Below are positions 61,066 through 61,090 of a DNA stretch of 61,090 nucleotides, piece after piece; the first letter of the stretch is position 1; each line of letters starts with the position of its first letter. Position numbers and translations under genes: made by a program. The notes below the pieces were generated by a model. It searched no databases and had not been told where the DNA came from. It saw only the letters and a program-made list of their open reading frames with translations. The stretch is from the NCBI GenBank assembly GCA_009995545.1, contig JAACPI010000004.1, forward strand, positions 1 to 61,090. The letters run 5' to 3'. This DNA is from a bacterium. GTDB lineage: Bacteria; Patescibacteriota; WWE3; 2-01-FULL-39-13; JAACPI01.

Positions 61066-61090
61066 CTTTAGACTGGGTGGGCGGGTAGTG

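Noticed and set aside
1-61090. Alternative genetic code (UGA recoding, as in some candidate phyla)
   Set aside because: Conserved genes terminate at TGA (for example 38965-67 and 58250-52), TAA and TAG. No conserved protein is broken by in-frame TGA, and RF2 is present. The standard code 11 fits.
1-61090. CRISPR arrays, rRNA and tRNA genes
   Set aside because: No regularly spaced direct repeats are present. The only T-loop-like string (ggttcgaaac near 681) has no matching acceptor or T stems. Intergenic regions lack rRNA-, tmRNA-, RNase P- or SRP-like conserved blocks.

Overview
This is a 61-kb, AT-rich, tightly packed bacterial segment. Hand counts of sampled 60-nt lines give about 19/60 G+C in ordinary genes. 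It uses the standard genetic code: TAA, TAG and TGA all close conserved genes, and RF2 is present. The small proteins, many membrane or hypothetical ORFs, a fused GT2-GtrA, a truncated SufD and a short Pgk fit a reduced-genome, possibly Patescibacteria/CPR-like organism. That assignment is inference only.

Layout:
(i) 0-4.5 kb holds accessory genes: an XRE fragment, a single-HKD Nuc-like nuclease, an isochorismatase-family hydrolase, membrane proteins, and an AlkD-like repair gene with a duplicated 3' end.
(ii) 4.5-38 kb is housekeeping: typA, tandem Gre factors, lysS, a T-box-like leader plus serS, PAP2 plus uppP, secA, an ogt-like gene, prmC, ruvCAB, an M16 peptidase, and an ArsR-controlled suf cluster (sufCB, short sufD, sufS, sufU) interrupted by two unrelated genes. 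It continues with ferredoxin and FNR-like genes, prfB, ftsEX with an M23 protein, tsaE, vanZ and pgk.
(iii) 38-59.5 kb is a cell-envelope glycan locus with four GT2, one GT4, ugd, four SDR epimerase-like genes and a flippase-like protein. Embedded at 46.7-54.1 kb is a compositionally atypical island of uncharacterised genes.
(iv) 60.4-61.07 kb is an IS200/RAYT-type tyrosine transposase with an in-frame TAA, flanked by 13-nt palindromic repeats.

Most notable observations:
- An apparently circularly permuted M23/LytM domain in the FtsEX-associated coiled-coil protein.
- A ~1.1-kb cassette of about 53% G+C, with its own SD and GC-rich hairpin, inside the island.
- Two 330-aa SDR paralogs that have lost the catalytic Tyr and sit at the head of the island modules.
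- An atypical kinase-like protein, two NLGSG Rossmann proteins and a HAD protein forming a candidate novel tailoring module.
- A window-wide pattern of (TGn)TATAAT boxes 6-9 nt upstream of start codons, implying leaderless mRNAs.
- A duplicated palindromic operator in front of the arsR-suf operon.

No CRISPR array, rRNA or tRNA was found.
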